A stretch of DNA of 64,000 nucleotides from Carcharhinus longimanus (Eukaryota). The DNA is taken from positions 70,169,400-70,233,399 of the forward strand of contig JASCQW010000061.1 of assembly GCA_030264375.1 (NCBI GenBank). Direction: 5' to 3'. Position numbers and translations under genes: made by a program. The notes beneath the pieces were generated by a model that did not search any database, had not been told where the DNA came from, and saw only the letters and a program-made list of their open reading frames with translations. Below, piece by piece: positions 1 to 13,389 of the stretch; the stretch's first letter is position 1, and each line of letters starts with the position of its first letter.

Positions 1-510
1 ATGATGGGACCAGGGCAGGTTGTTGGTGATCTGGACACCCAGAAACTTGAAGCTTTCGACCATTTCCACTTCATCCCCATTCATGTAGTCAGGGGTATGT
101 TCTCCACATGCTTCCTGAAGTCGATGACAATCTCCTTCATTTTACTGACATTGAGGGAGAGATTATTGTTGTACTAATTCACGAGATTCTCTATCTCTTT
201 CCTGTACTCCGTCTCATCATTGTTTGAGCCCCAACCCACTAAGATGGTGTTATCAGCAAACTTGAAAATCGAGTTGGAGGCAAATTTGGTCACGCAGTCA
301 TAGACATATAAAGAGTATAGAAAGGAGCTGAGGACACAGCCTTGTGGGGCACCGGTGTTAAGGGTAATTGTGAAGGAGATGTTATTGCCTTTCCTTACTG
401 ATGGTGGTCTGTGGGTTAGGAATTCTAGGATCCAGTTGCAGAGGGAGGAGCCAAGCCCCAAGCCACAGAATTTGGAGATGAGGTTTGTAGGAATAATGAC
501 CCTGAAGGCT
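1..510 (-). mobile_element. Rex1/Babar-clade LINE reverse-transcriptase fragment
   Basis: ORF 174..461 reads [40 protein letters not shown], i.e. the RT PQG and (F/Y)ADD motifs in Rex1-type context; degenerate. Confidence 0.85.
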
Positions 511-1129
511 TAAGTTCATGTCCTTTTGAAAGTTCCCCATAAACAGAACTTAATCATCCACAGTATCATTCTAATAAATCTCCTCTATACCTTTTCAAGG
601 ATTTTGACATACCTCAAGTATGGGGTGCTGAATTATCTATAATATCTTCAATTGAAGTGTAAGACTTGTGAAGGTTTAGTGTGACTTCCTTGTGTTTGCA
701 TTTGATGCCCCTGTAGTCCTGAGGCCTGGAGTCACTAATATTCACAATTTATTTCTGCCTTGCTCTTGCTTTAAGCCTATATTGAATAATTTCAGTTATT
801 TTGTAATGAATCTTACTTAGTAGATCCTGATTTGAACCAAGATGTGATTGTGCTTTGATTATTGATCAATCACATAATCAGTAATATTGTTAATTGTAGA
901 TCTGGACTTTCTCCTCAATGATTTTTCTTGTACGTTATGTTCACAGCTGCTGTTTTGACTAAACATCGTAGGTGCACCGCCACTTAAAAATTTTTTTTTC
1001 CAAAACAGAGGAACTGTTCTTATTAGGACGTATTGGTGGATTGGCAGACAAGATGAAAATGAAGTTTAATGAATTTCAGTGTAAGGTGATTCATTTTGGC
1101 GAGAAAAATGTGGAGAGAGTACAACATCG

Positions 1130-1900
1130 CAGGATATTGGCATTGCTAGCTAGGCTAATATTTGTTACCCATTCCTACTGGCCCTTGAGAAGGTTCTGGT
1201 GAGCTGCCTTCTTGAACTGCTACAGTTCATGTAGTGTACACACATGCACAGTGCTGTTAGGGAGGGAGTTCCAGGATTTGACCCAGCAACTGGATAAGTA
1301 CATCTCAAACAATATTCAAGATACTGGGCACCTTCCAGGGTGAACTAATCCTTTTGATTGGCTACCTCATTCATTCCATCCATCACTGAAGCATGAATAT
1401 GCACTGAAGCTGCATATGTGCTCTCTACAAGATATACTCTATCATCACCTCAAGGTTCCTTCGACAGCACCTCACACAGACATAAAATCTATTGGCAAGA
1501 AATAAAAGGGTAACTGGTGCATGGGAACAGTACCTCCTCGTCACATAGCATTCTGACTTGGANNNNNNNNNNNNNNNNNNNNNNNNNNNNNNNNNNNNNN
1601 NNNNNNNNNNNNNNNNNNNNNNNNNNNNNNNNNNNNNNNNNNNNNNNNNNNNNNNNNNNNNNATAACAGGGTAACTGGTGCATGGGAACAGTACCTCCTA
1701 GTCACATATCATTCTGACTTGGAAGTATGTCACCACTGAGTGAAAAACCAGGAATTGCCTTCCTATAAGAAATATGGGAGTACTTTCACTGTGTGGTGCA
1801 ATAGGGCAAGACAGCAACTCACCAGCACCTTTCAAGAACAATAAGGGGAAAATGCTGCCTTCATCAGCAATATCCACATCCCATGAATAGATTTAAAAAA
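1130..1900. mobile_element. Degenerate LINE 3' fragments (same family as 36450-36960), two orientations, split by N-gap 1563-1662
   Basis: 1310-1900 aligns by eye with 36450-36960 (aacaatattcaag..caccatccagg..ttgattggc..ctcaccaccacctt..cacatcccatgaat); 1130-1290 resembles its reverse complement. Confidence 0.6.
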
Positions 1901-2417
1901 TGTCCAATCCAATGAATTTAAGAATAAGAGGCATGTCAGGTAGACCCATCCACAGTTCTCTGAGACATCGGATCAGGGACAAAATTCAGGCAATCCAAGC
2001 AAAAGCATTCCCAACTCATTTAAATTGAGATAATTGTTGCCTGGACTCAAACAACAGCTTTCCCATCAATAACAAAGACTCTTCCATCAATATCTTATCA
2101 CGCCAGCAGGATAAACCCATTATAAGTGAGGGTGCTATACAGTAATTGTTCTGGTGCTCGATCCTTCTGAACCATTTAATTGGCAGTCATTGGTTTTTGG
2201 AGTGCATGGTCTATAATTGTCAGTTGATTTCTACAGCAAGTTTAATCAAATCTCAAAACATATTCTGCTATCTCATTGTGGATTTATTGACCTCTTGTCT
2301 TAGAATGGATCCCGTATGGTCAGCCTAATGAGTTTCAGTGCTTGGCACATGCTCTCTGACAGGCCTTGTATGGTCCTGTGGCAAATCTGCTCATTACACA
2401 TTTCCGAGTAAAGATCA

Positions 2418-3485
2418 GGGCCGGATTCTCCCAAAAAGTTCTAACGACTGAATTTGCATAAAAACTGGATTAACTCCCACTGTTTTTTTCAGTGGTATTT
2501 CCACACTTTGCATTGCACTGTGCCTCAGGGAGATTTATGCTGAAAATCTGGGGGCAGGGCCTATTCCCGCTGGAGAGGCCAGCAGCATAGTGCTGAGTGG
2601 GCCACTCTGCACTGCTGCCTCACGATTGCTGACCATCTCGATTTGCTGGCCAGCACAGCAACCCCCTATCGCTGGCTTGCAGAGCTCCCACCCCACCCCC
2701 CAATCACTGCCCTCCCGGACATCTCCGGGCCAGCCCTGTTATTACCCCTCCCTACCCCCAGCAGTCCCCATCTTGCCAAACCCCTTCCTCCCCACAAAAT
2801 CTCGAATCCCCCAGCTGTCCCACCTCCCCCACCCCAAACCCCGCTGGCCAGCCCTGATCAGCCCCTTCCCTCCCTCTGCCAGCACTCCCTATTTAGAGTG
2901 GCATTGGAACCCCTCCCAGCCCAATTATCTCCCCCCATATGTCCCACCCCCTATAGATCCCATCCCCTTGGCACTGCCAGATGCTTCATAGGCAATGCCA
3001 AGGTGCCCTTTTGACATTGCCATTTTGCCCCTTGGGCTGTGCCAGTGGACCAGGGTGGAATTGCCAGGCTGGCAATGACCAGGGGAACCCCACATACCCC
3101 CAACCTCCTGCAGGGGCTTTCGTGGCCTCCCTTCACTTCAACAGGATCGGGCTGCCAACTGCTGATTAGTGGGGAGCTGTTCTAAACCCTGTTGGAATTA
3201 ACCTCTCCTGGCGCAGCGTGGGGGGATGGGGTGGTGGGGGGTGCGAAGATTCGAGTGGGCCCAGAGATTTCAGTCCCGGGCCCACTAATAGGATTTAGAT
3301 TTGAATTTTAATATTTAAATCAGCTCCATGTTGATTTCCGGCACAGAGCTAACGATGAAATCTTGTCCCTGGAGATGTGCGGGGGCCTTTGCACCCAGTG
3401 GGGAGCCCACTGAATGGCCTTTGCTGATGTCTCTCAGCACATTGAATTGCTAGAGCAGCACAGCGGGCTAGGGAAATTGCCCCCC
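2418..3485. mobile_element. GC-rich non-autonomous DNA transposon (PIF/Harbinger-like MITE)
   Basis: Imperfect terminal inverted repeats GGGCCGGATTCTCCC ... GGGAAATTGCCCCC; C-rich interior; right half matches 28790-29177. Confidence 0.6.
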
Positions 3486-3596
3486 AGAATTTGGAATAGC
3501 CAGGTCCCTGCCTTTTTTCTAAGTCCTTATGATAGGAATCTGAAAGGACCGTTGAGAACATTCATTTCCATAAATCATAGTAAAAATGTTTAAAAT

Positions 3597-3890
3597 TTCT
3601 TTTATTAGTGTCACGAGTTAGCTTACATTAATGTTGCAATGAAGTTACTGTGAAAACCCCCCAATCATTACACTCTGGTGCCTGTTCGGGTACACTGAGG
3701 GAGAATTTAGCATGGCCAATGCAGCTAAAGATTACATCTTTTGGACTGTGGGAGGAAAGCAGAGCATCCAGAGGAAACTCACGTGCAGACACAGGGAGAA
3801 CGTGCAGAATATACACAGGCAGTGACCTAAGGTAGGGATTGAACCTGGGCCCCTGGTGCTGTGAGGCAGCAGTGCTAACCACTGTGCCAC
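3597..3890 (-). mobile_element. HE1-type tRNA-derived V-SINE, tail type B
   Basis: Reverse complement shows A-box TGGCACAGTGG, B-box GGTTCAATCCC, V-domain and a tail ending gtgacactaataaa. Confidence 0.85.
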
Positions 3891-5109
3891 AGGCCCTGAT
3901 TCTGTATGTAGAGGGCAACAGTGGCTTCAAAACTGACAAAATATCAAACACATCAAAGCTTTCCACAAAATAAAGTACTTTAAGTGTAAGAGCTTGTTCA
4001 GTGGGTACCTCAACTCCCCAGCAGCACATATAGAATATATGGGCTTTTCCAATGATTAATGTGTTTGGAACAATGACTCACAAAATAGCATTTCTTTCCA
4101 TTAAGACATTTGCTGTAAATTCCACAGGGAAAGTGCTAATAAAGAAATGCTGCAATTGTTTACTAACAGCACTGTTTCAATAAGAGTGCACTTTTGACAA
4201 GTCTTCAATACTATGATCACTATGAGAAGTGTTGGATTAGTTTCAGTAATTTAATGTATGTTGGGTAGGACAGCATTTCCAGCAGCTTCATATTGACTGT
4301 AAAGTTTATAGATCTACTCAGAACTGATGTGCTATTAGGTAATTTTTGGCACAGGCTGATTTCTGGAGTAAAAGCTTTTTGCTCACTTTGTTGGTAATGG
4401 AAAGAAAATGCATGAAAGACATATTCTGGGATTTGCAGTAAACACAGAGGTGGCTACATTGATGGTTCGGCCTATTCGTGTAACCCTCCAGACATGACTC
4501 AGTGAAACCTACAAAATTTTAAGTCTTTAAATCATTATGTAATCAGACAAACTGAAAATTTATTAATAACTAGATTCTTATCATTATAGGGCACATAACA
4601 TAAAGACTGAATAAGCAATCTTTTACACTGCAGCAAAATAAGATATTTACAATATTACACTTTGTTACACTAAATATTTAACATAAAGTGTGTGGATCGC
4701 AGGGAGTTTTAGCTTTTTATGGTTTAAACAAATATTGTTCTGCAGAAAAGCTGCTGAACAATAATTTCTATCTATATATGTCCAGTCAATGTATGAGTCC
4801 AGCATAACACAGGTATCTTATCATGTCTTTACAGATGTTGATAGATGCTGCAATGTGGTTGTAATATCTTCTGCTTTGATATATTTTATATCAAATAAAA
4901 GTTTATAGTATCGAACACATTATTGGTGCAAATATGATATCTGTGGCACAATCATATTGGCACTGGCCACAACAATACTTGAGGTCCTGCCTGCAATCCC
5001 TGAGCAGCTGCAATTGTGGCATTAGTTCCATGAAAACTCCAGTTCATCTCAGGCCCTGAACCTTGCCAATCCCAAATGACAATAAACCCACAGGAGATGT
5101 CACTGATAT

Positions 5110-6295
5110 GATAAGGAGACTGAACAAATACTTGGCCTCTGTTTTCACCAAAGAGGTTAACAGAGAGGAAATGAAGAAAGAGACAAAATAATCTGAGGAT
5201 TATTTGATGTTAAAGGGATCAATGGATATGGTGGTGTGGGGGGCGGGATCAGGGAATTGAATGTGATGATCAGCCATGATCAAAATGAATAGTGGAGCAG
5301 GCTTGAAGGACCAAATGGCAACTCCTTTTTCTAGTTTCTATGTTTCTATCAATAAAGAGTAAATGCAATTCTTATCTAACAAAATTGAGATAGAATTAAT
5401 CCAGAGAATTTACTGAACAACACTGGGAAGGAAGGAGTAGAACCTTCATTTAAAGATCAGGTAATACAATAGCTAGAGGCAGAGAACAAAATTTTAAAAA
5501 TGATCAGCATAAGTTTCTTAAATGAACACTATCTTTAGCCAATCTTATTGAATTCTTTTGAAGAGCTAACAGAAAGAGCAGACAAGAGAAATGTAATGGA
5601 TATGTTGTATATGGACTTTCAAAAGGCCTTGGCTAATGTACAACAAGAAAATAGTCTGACAGAAGTTGGTGCACTTGGAGTCAGAGATCAGGTGACAGTA
5701 TGGATTTTAAAAATTCTAAAAAACAGAGGGGTTACATGGTTTGAAAGGAATGTTTCAAAAGGACACAAATGGGAAGAAGAGTCTAACAAAGGTTGGCACT
5801 GGAACAACTGTTGTTCACTATAAACCATTAAATAATTGGGACTCAGGAGTTGGAGATAGTGTGTTGAAATTTGTGCACAATTGAGACCATCAAAGCAGCT
5901 CCCTCTGACATGTCCTCCTTTGCACTAACCCACCTTCCTCCAATGTTGCCCACTGCCCTAGCTCTTGACAATATTGATGTGGAGAGGATGTTTCCTTTTG
6001 TCAGAGAACCTAAAACTAAGGGTCACTGTTTAACGTTAAGGGGTTGCATGTTTACGACAGAGGTGAACAGATCTTTTTTCTCTGTAGGTTGTGAGTCTTT
6101 GGAACTACCTTCCTTAAAAGGCAGTGCAAGCAGAGTCTGAATGTTTTTAAGGCAGAGCTAGATAGATTCTTAATTGACATGGGGCTGAAAGTTTATATAG
6201 AATTGTGGTTATAATCAGATCAGCCGTGGTCTTATTGAAAAGCAGGCCCAAGGAGCAGAATGGCCTACTCCTGCTCCTAATTCATATGTTTGCGT
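5110..6295 (+). mobile_element. CR1/HER1 LINE ORF2 and 3' fragments
   Basis: ORF 5548..5823 NSFEELTE..MDMLYMDFQKAL (RT); DVERMFP..GH..RG C-terminal motif; tail ggcctactcctgctcct. Confidence 0.8.
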
Positions 6296-6299
6296 ATAT

Positions 6300-7075
6300 G
6301 TTTGTACATCACATTTGACCCCAAGATGAGCTTCCAACCTTGTATCCACATCATCACTAAAAATGTCTACTTTACCTTCATGAAATCGTGTGAACCCTGC
6401 CTCAGCACATCTGCTGTTGAACCTTTATTCATGCCTTTGTTACCTTTAGATTTGGTTATTCCATACACTCTTCGTTGGTCTCTCACTTCTCTCCATAAAC
6501 CTGCAGTCGTTCAAAACTCTGCTGTCTATGCATTAACTGATGCCAGTTCCCCTATAACCCCTGTGCCCGCTGACCCAATTAAATGATGGTCAAACATTGT
6601 CTTGATTGTAAAAGGGATTTCAGGGTTGGCAGGTAAATGGGGAAAATAATTCAATATGGTGAAGTGTAACACGTTTACTTTGGAAGGAGAAGGTAAGGAG
6701 ACCACTTATTTCCTGTTCACTGTCGTGGAATGCAAAAATAGTTCCCACCTTATTTTCTCTACTGCATACTGCTTCTTAAACCCTTCCCCCTTGTCTCCTC
6801 CACCTTCACCTCTAACAGTAAATTGGAGGAACTCATGGACCTCTTTGTCAGTAAGTTCAAGATGATCTGATCAGCTCCTTTGCTGCAATCCTTCCTTCCA
6901 CTAGTCCATCTGACCAATCACCCTCTCATGCTCCCTGCTGTCCAATGTTGAACTTGCATCTTTCTCTAGTTTTTATCTCCCCTCATACCTTCTCTGGGCT
7001 CATCTTTGTCCACGACACCCACCCCCCCACCCCCATTCCCTCCATCATGTTCTCACTAAACAGGCAACATCTTGT
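6300..7075 (+). mobile_element. L2-like LINE fragments
   Basis: FDPKMSFQPCIH motif in ORF 6290..6586; homologous to 34750-35440. Confidence 0.6.
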
Positions 7076-7079
7076 CCTT

Positions 7080-8060
7080 TATTTTGTTTGAGATATAATA
7101 ATATTGTTGGTATGTAAAAATGTAAATGATGTAGAGGAGCAAGAGTTCTGGAAATACAGATAGCTAAGTTGCTAAAAGTGGCAATGCAACTTGATATGGT
7201 CATGTCTTTAAGGTTCAACCATAGAGGACCAGAATATAAACAAAGGGAGGTAATGTTAAATTTATATACAACATTGCTTAGAGTGCACTTGGAGCATTGT
7301 TTCCAGTTCTGATTTCATCTCAACAAGATGAATATTGAAATGCTGAAGAAAGTGCAGAAAATATTTACAAGCACGATACCAGAGTTAAGAGGATGTAGCT
7401 ACGTTAAGCCGGCTGGAAAATAAATGATTAAGAGGGGATCTAAATGAGATCTAAACTTTGAAGAGTTTCAATAGGGTGGATCTGATTATATTCACCTTGG
7501 TAGAAATAATAGTAGGAGGGATTATTATTTAAAGGGTGAGAAGCTGCAGCATGCTACAGTGCAAAGGGACCTGGGGGTCCTTGTGCATGAGTCGCAAAAA
7601 CTCAGTTTGCAGGTGCAGCAGGTGATCAAGAAGGCAAATGGAATGTTGACCTTTATAGCGAGGGGGATAGAATATAAAAGTAGGGAGNNNNNNNNNNNNN
7701 NNNNNNNNNNNNNNNNNNNNNNNNNNNNNNNNNNNNNNNNNNNNNNNNNNNNNNNNNNNNNNNNNNNNNNNNNNNNNNNNNNNNNNNATCTTATTGAATG
7801 GCGGGGCAGGCTCGAGGGGCTAGATGGCCTATTCCTGCTCCTATTTCTTATGTTCTTATGTAAATTTTCTCCACTTGTGCATGAATCTAGAACAAGGGAT
7901 CATAAACAGATCAAATTAAAAAATTAAAAGACTTACTGCCGTATGTAGTGGTTGAAGCAGATGGTATTGTTGGATCGAAAGGAAGAGAGAAGGAATCATT
8001 TTTTTGGGAGGCATTCTTGTGTAATATAAATGTTGGGCCAAATGGCCTCCTGTAGACAAA
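7080..8060 (+). mobile_element. Old CR1 3' region with a younger nested CR1 (about 7485-7860, N-gap 7688-7787)
   Basis: QRDLGVLVHESQK..VQQVIKKANGMLTFIARGIEYKSRE; tail ctatttcttatgttcttatg. Confidence 0.85.
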
Positions 8061-8450
8061 GGTCATAGGTAGAAGAGGGCACTCACAATGTTAAAATGGT
8101 GGCCCGGGCTTGTTGGGCCGAAGGGCCTGTTTCCTGTGCTGTGTTGTTTTTTGTTCTTTGTTTCTGTGTTGTTCTGTGAATTCTGTGTAACATCCACAGA
8201 ATCTGATTGTGGAGTTTTTCAGTCTCCACATCTGTCCAACTCCCATGTCACACAAATGCTTCATTCCCTGGTTCTGTCTCACAAGAAATTGTTAATACTA
8301 AGTGCCAATTTGACAAGATTCCACCATAGTGATTTTGAGGGAGAGGTTAAACAATGCTACAGACAAACGAGTTCCATATTTTTATGCTTAAATTATTGCT
8401 GTAAAATTGGAGTGGGTGAGGGGTGAACAATGGAAATGTCTGTTAATCTT

Positions 8451-8702
8451 GGGTGGGATTTTCCAGTCTTGAATCAAGCAAGGCTGTAAAATTCCATCCA
8501 TGATGTTGAAACTTTTGTCTTGCGCTCCTCAGGATGGACTAGCCCGTCCTTGCAGAACTCAGAAGAAAATGGATGAAATGCTCCGGCCATTCATGCCCGT
8601 CACTACTGCCAGAGAGGACAGAGAATTTGACGTTCAGTCAAGTCTCCGTTCACTGCAGCAGATGAAGAATCCTGCTGGCATGAATGGCCAGAGAATCCTG
8701 CC
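8451..8702. mobile_element. Short Harbinger-like MITE
   Basis: Ends GGGTGGGATTTTCC / AGAATCCTGCC; similar to 60850-60975, 58410-58620 and 40277-40400. Confidence 0.55.
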
Positions 8703-8789
8703 TATTGCCTAACATTGGATGTAATTTTGTGATTGGACAGCTGAACAATCTTGCTGAACAATCCTTATACTAACCACCAATATAAGATT

Positions 8790-9120
8790 ATCAACTGGAC
8801 CCACAATGTAGCCCACTTACACATGATAAATAGCTATACATATTTATTAGCAGGGACCTATCCTCTGGAGGCTGACCAGATACTGAATCTGTTTCAAATA
8901 AACACAAGCACAGAGGTAATAGATTCCTGGTGCATTCACAATAGCACCACCTCGACCCATCAGAGCTGACTTGCCAACCAATTAACACCCTTTTCTGATG
9001 CAGTATAAATGTTGCTTCCTTTGAAATTTGGTATTCTTGCATCTGTCCTGATGAGAACAGCAAGAAAATCTTAAACACACATTTCATTTTTCAGCAATAC
9101 TCCAGTTTTATATTACCATG
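8790..9120 (+). mobile_element. Penelope-like repeat carrying a hammerhead-like core
   Basis: TGTC-CTGATGA (9048-9054)..GAAA; an inverted homologous copy lies at 43445-43700. Confidence 0.5.
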
Positions 9121-10042
9121 CAATGATATAAATTATTTAAATAAGGGACCTCCATGAATAGCTTTGGGCGAAGCTCTGAGTATTTTGTCTATTTAAATGA
9201 GGTGAGAGTGAATGAGAGTGACTGCCTTGATATCAAAGTAGCATTTAACCTAGTATGGCATCAAATGGACAAAAAATTCAATCTTGCATATTTCAAAGAG
9301 CAACAGTTGAGCTCTGGCAGTGTGCTGGCTAATTTTTATTCCCCAAACAAATCACGAAAATAAATGATTCTTCCCCTTATAGCCTATGGAGGTGTTGACT
9401 CCAGTAATTTGACTTTTTTACTGCTGCATGATACAAGTATTCTGTATATCCACCAGGGACCACTTATCTTGATACACCTCTATCTGTGTGCCAGGAAAAG
9501 CCTGCCTTGTTCCAAATCCTGAGGGCTGCTTGAGGCAAGGGACTGGATATGACTTGAGAGCTACCCTTCCATTCACGTGCTTTTTGGTCTAGATCTCCTT
9601 CTGGAGAATTTGCACTTGTAAGCTGCAATTGTAAATCTCAAATGTGTGACTGATTATAAGGTCTCAGTGTTTCACAGGTGCATCTTTATTTTCTTTTAGC
9701 CAGTGTGGCAGTTCTTTATATTCATGTTCTTCATATTTCTTTATATTTATTTCTTTATTCATATTTATTTATATTCAGCACTTCCCTGTGTGTTTTATTT
9801 GTAGTTTATTAGATTGATTCATATCAAGTATGCTAAGATAGTGAAGGAAATCTGTCTGCCATCTGTAACGTACTTCAGTTTGACACTGGTGACTACTGAT
9901 ACGTGTGGTTATGTCCATTATCATTTTCCTCATTAACACTTAGGGCGGAATNNNNNNNNNNNNNNNNNNNNNNNNNNNNNNNNNNNNNNNNNNNNNNNNN
10001 NNNNNNNNNNNNNNNNNNNNNNNNNNNNNNNNNNNNNNNNNN

Positions 10043-10113
10043 AGTGCAGCTCTCCAGCCTGCAGCTCTCCAGCAGTGCAGCTCTCCAGCTTTGCAGCTCT
10101 CCAGCTGTGCAGC
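10043..10113 (+). repeat. About 16-bp minisatellite (TGCAGCTCTCCAGC+1-2 nt), at least 4.5 units, next to an N-gap
   Basis: Read directly from the sequence. Confidence 0.9.
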
Positions 10114-12729
10114 TGATTTTTTGGTCCTGATTTTCAGGCTTTCTGGGTGGGGTTTATGCCATCAGCCTGGGGGCAGGAGGTGAGAGTGTGGGATGGGGTG
10201 GGGAGGGCGGGTGGTGGTTAGATAGAACCTGTAAAGCCAGCTCCACAGAAATCAGGGCAGCATCTTGAAAGGGCATGATGGATGTTCTCTCCAAAATGGG
10301 GATGGGGAAGGAATCTGCAATTGGATCTAACTGCTTTATACTAATATCAGTAGCGCAGTTTCAATCAATGGGTGGGAATTGGAAAGCTTTCCAATTAAAT
10401 CTGGAGCCAGGCAGGACTACCCTCTCCCTCCTCTGATCTTTTTATTTGTCACATAAAACCCTTGGCTGAATTCATCAGGAAGGATGTGGGCATAAGAGAA
10501 GTGACAATTCCAGACTGCAGAGGCACTCAAGCCAAAGCTGCCTTTTGCATGCACAGTGCCAATTCTCCTATGTAGATCCATATACCACCACAGCCCAAGC
10601 AATAGGGCTCTTCCATCACCTACCACCCTTCTGCCACCACAATGCCAACATCACCACCCCTCTCCTCCTTCAGAAGCATCTGTCTCTCCCTTCTTTCCTT
10701 GGCCTCCTTTTCAGGCATGAGTGCCCACACCCCCATCACCACAGTCTTGGTGGCACTCTCTCCCCTCACAGGTATCAGCCCTTCCCAACACACATATGGG
10801 GCAACCTTCCCAGAGGGGCAACTCTGGCACTGCTCCAGTATAGTTTGGCACTGCCATATTGGTACTACATGATGTCAGTGTCAACCTGTGCCAGNNNNNN
10901 NNNNNNNNNNNNNNNNNNNNNNNNNNNNNNNNNNNNNNNNNNNNNNNNNNNNNNNNNNNNNNNNNNNNNNNNNNNNNNNNNNNNNNNNNNNNNNNNNNNN
11001 NNNNNNNNNNNNNNNNNNNNNNNNNNNNNNNNNNNNNNNNNNNNNNNNNNNNNNNNNNNNNNNNNNNNNNNNNNNNNNNNNNNNNNNNNNNNNNNNNNNN
11101 NNNNNNNNNNNNNNNNNNNNNNNNNNNNNNNNNNNNNNNNNNNNNNNNNNNNNNNNNNNNNNNNNNNNNNNNNNNNNNNNNNNNNNNNNNNNNNNNNNNN
11201 NNNNNNNNNNNNNNNNNNNNNNNNNNNNNNNNNNNNNNNNNNNNNNNNNNNNNNNNNNNNNNNNNNNNNNNNNNNNNNNNNNNNNNNNNNNNNNNNNNNN
11301 NNNNNNNNNNNNNNNNNNNNNNNNNNNNNNNNNNNNNNNNNNNNNNNNNNNNNNNNNNNNNNNNNNNNNNNNNNNNNNNNNNNNNNNNNNNNNNNNNNNN
11401 NNNNNNNNNNNNNNNNNNNNNNNNNNNNNNNNNNNNNNNNNNNNNNNNNNNNNNNNNNNNNNNNNNNNNNNNNNNNNNCTCCATCCGAGGAAAAAGGCTA
11501 TCACTGTCCACCCTATCTAAACCTCTAATCATCTTATATGTTTCAATAAGATCCCATCTGAGGTTCCCATCTTCTTCAGACAACATCTGGGCTGCACTGC
11601 TGTAAGTGGTATCCTAAGAAAAGTGACAGCAGGTGGAAACAGAGCAAGTATAGTTGGAACAGATGGTTAGTACCATACTGAGATTTTTTCGGCCTGCTAC
11701 TGCCCCATTATGGACAGATGGAATGATTTAAAATTTCTACTCACGACGTTCTAATAATTGACTGTACAATTACCCATTCATAAAGTGGGATATGGCTTCC
11801 TGTTTGTAAATCACATCCCAGTGCAGACTCAAGAAGAAGATCAATGCTTCCCAATTTAGCACTCAATGAAGTGTGGTGTCAGAGGCCTACAGAGAAAATA
11901 AAAGATATAATGGATAGCAAAAAGTATACTTAGAGAAAGCCAAACAATGATTTGAAGACAAATGGAAAGATGCAGATATAACAATGTGGAAAAATGCTCA
12001 AGTGATGAACTAGGTAGAAAGAATGGAAGAAAATTGAAAAACCAAGAAACAGGCAAAAAATAGCGAGAAGTCTAACAGTAACACACAGCTATAAGGGGAC
12101 ACTTTAAACAAATTGCCAATAAGCAAACTTATGAGACATAAAGTTGTACAATACAGTCGAACTTTATTCCCCTAAATTGAGTAAATGATGTGGAGCCTCA
12201 ATAGCCAGGATCTCATATTCAGAACTAAGACATATAATCACACAATTTTCCACCTATTAATTTTTGGTTTTCCATCCATTAATTCTAGGGATGTATGGTT
12301 GAATTCCTGGTGTACATTCCAGTCAGGAAGGTGCTAAACCAGATTTGCCATTTTGGAAAATTGTTCGTACTATATGTTATTGGATGTAATGCTCTTGCAT
12401 ATATCATATTAGAAATGTTACATCTGCTCACAATTACTGCCGTAAAACTTCACTTCTTGTTAGGATTCTTTTGTCAAGTGTGTAAATCTTTTTCTTTATA
12501 AATTCCCATGTTCACATTAATGGAAAAGCTCTGTGTAAACTTACCAGAATGTGATTATATCTTCCCACCTACCCAGGCATCATAACCAAAATTCAAATTG
12601 CTATAGTAATTATTTACTGATTTAAGTATTAAATCTTTCAAATTAAATTTTTTGAGAACACAATTTAATTATTGGGTTGGCAAACTATTAAGATGTCCCA
12701 ATAGATTCTTTTACAAAATTAAAATAATT

Positions 12730-13098
12730 ACAGAATCCCTACAGTGCAGAAGGAGGTCATTTAACTCCTTACTTACTCTCCAATAGAACATCTTACACAA
12801 GTCCCATAACCTTGTTAACCCATGCATTTACCATAACTAATCCAGCTAACCTGTACGTATTTGGACTCCAAGGGGCAATTTACTATGGCTAATCCGCCTA
12901 ACCTGCACATCTTTGGACACTAAGGGGCAATTTAGCATGGCTAATCCATCCATCCGGCACATCTTTGGACTATGGGAGGAAACCCAAGCAGACTTGAGGA
13001 GTACGTATAAATGCCACACAGTCACTCAAGGCCAGATTCAAATTTGATCCATGGCATTGTGAGGCAGCAGTGCTAACCCCTGTGCCACTGTGCTGCCC
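12730..13098 (-). mobile_element. HE1-type SINE, tail type A (CR1/HER1-like), with internal 52-bp tandem repeat
   Basis: A/B boxes at the 13098 end; agaatccctacagtgcagaaggagg tail; units 12837-12888, 12889-12940, 12941-12970. Confidence 0.85.
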
Positions 13099-13389
13099 TT
13101 GTATGACAATGCACTGGAATGCACAGCCTGAGTGTGGTGAAGGCAGGTTCAATCAAGATGTTCAAGAGGGCACTGGATGATTAGCTGCAAAGGAAGAATG
13201 TGCAGGGTTTTGAGGAGACAGTAGGGGAATGGCATCAGATGCTTTGCTTATCCAGAGAGTTGGCACAGACATGATGGAACAATTCTGTCATTCTGTGAAA
13301 AAGATTTATCTGTTAAATCACTAAACACAATCCACTTATTCTATTTGAGTACTAAGTCAGTCTGAACTTCATAAATGTCATTGGTTCAA

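Noticed and set aside
1500-1722. About 55-bp direct repeat flanking a 100-N gap
   Set aside because: Typical unmerged contig overlap (haplotype artefact), not a biological repeat.
2590-3014. Proline-rich ORFs of 123-133 aa
   Set aside because: By-product of the C-rich MITE interior; several frames are open and there is no exon structure.
10043-10113. Short regular repeats that might suggest a CRISPR array
   Set aside because: No unique spacers, eukaryotic context; a simple minisatellite.
10545-11605. Longest ORFs in the track (207-327 aa)
   Set aside because: Length comes from translating the N-run 10895-11478.
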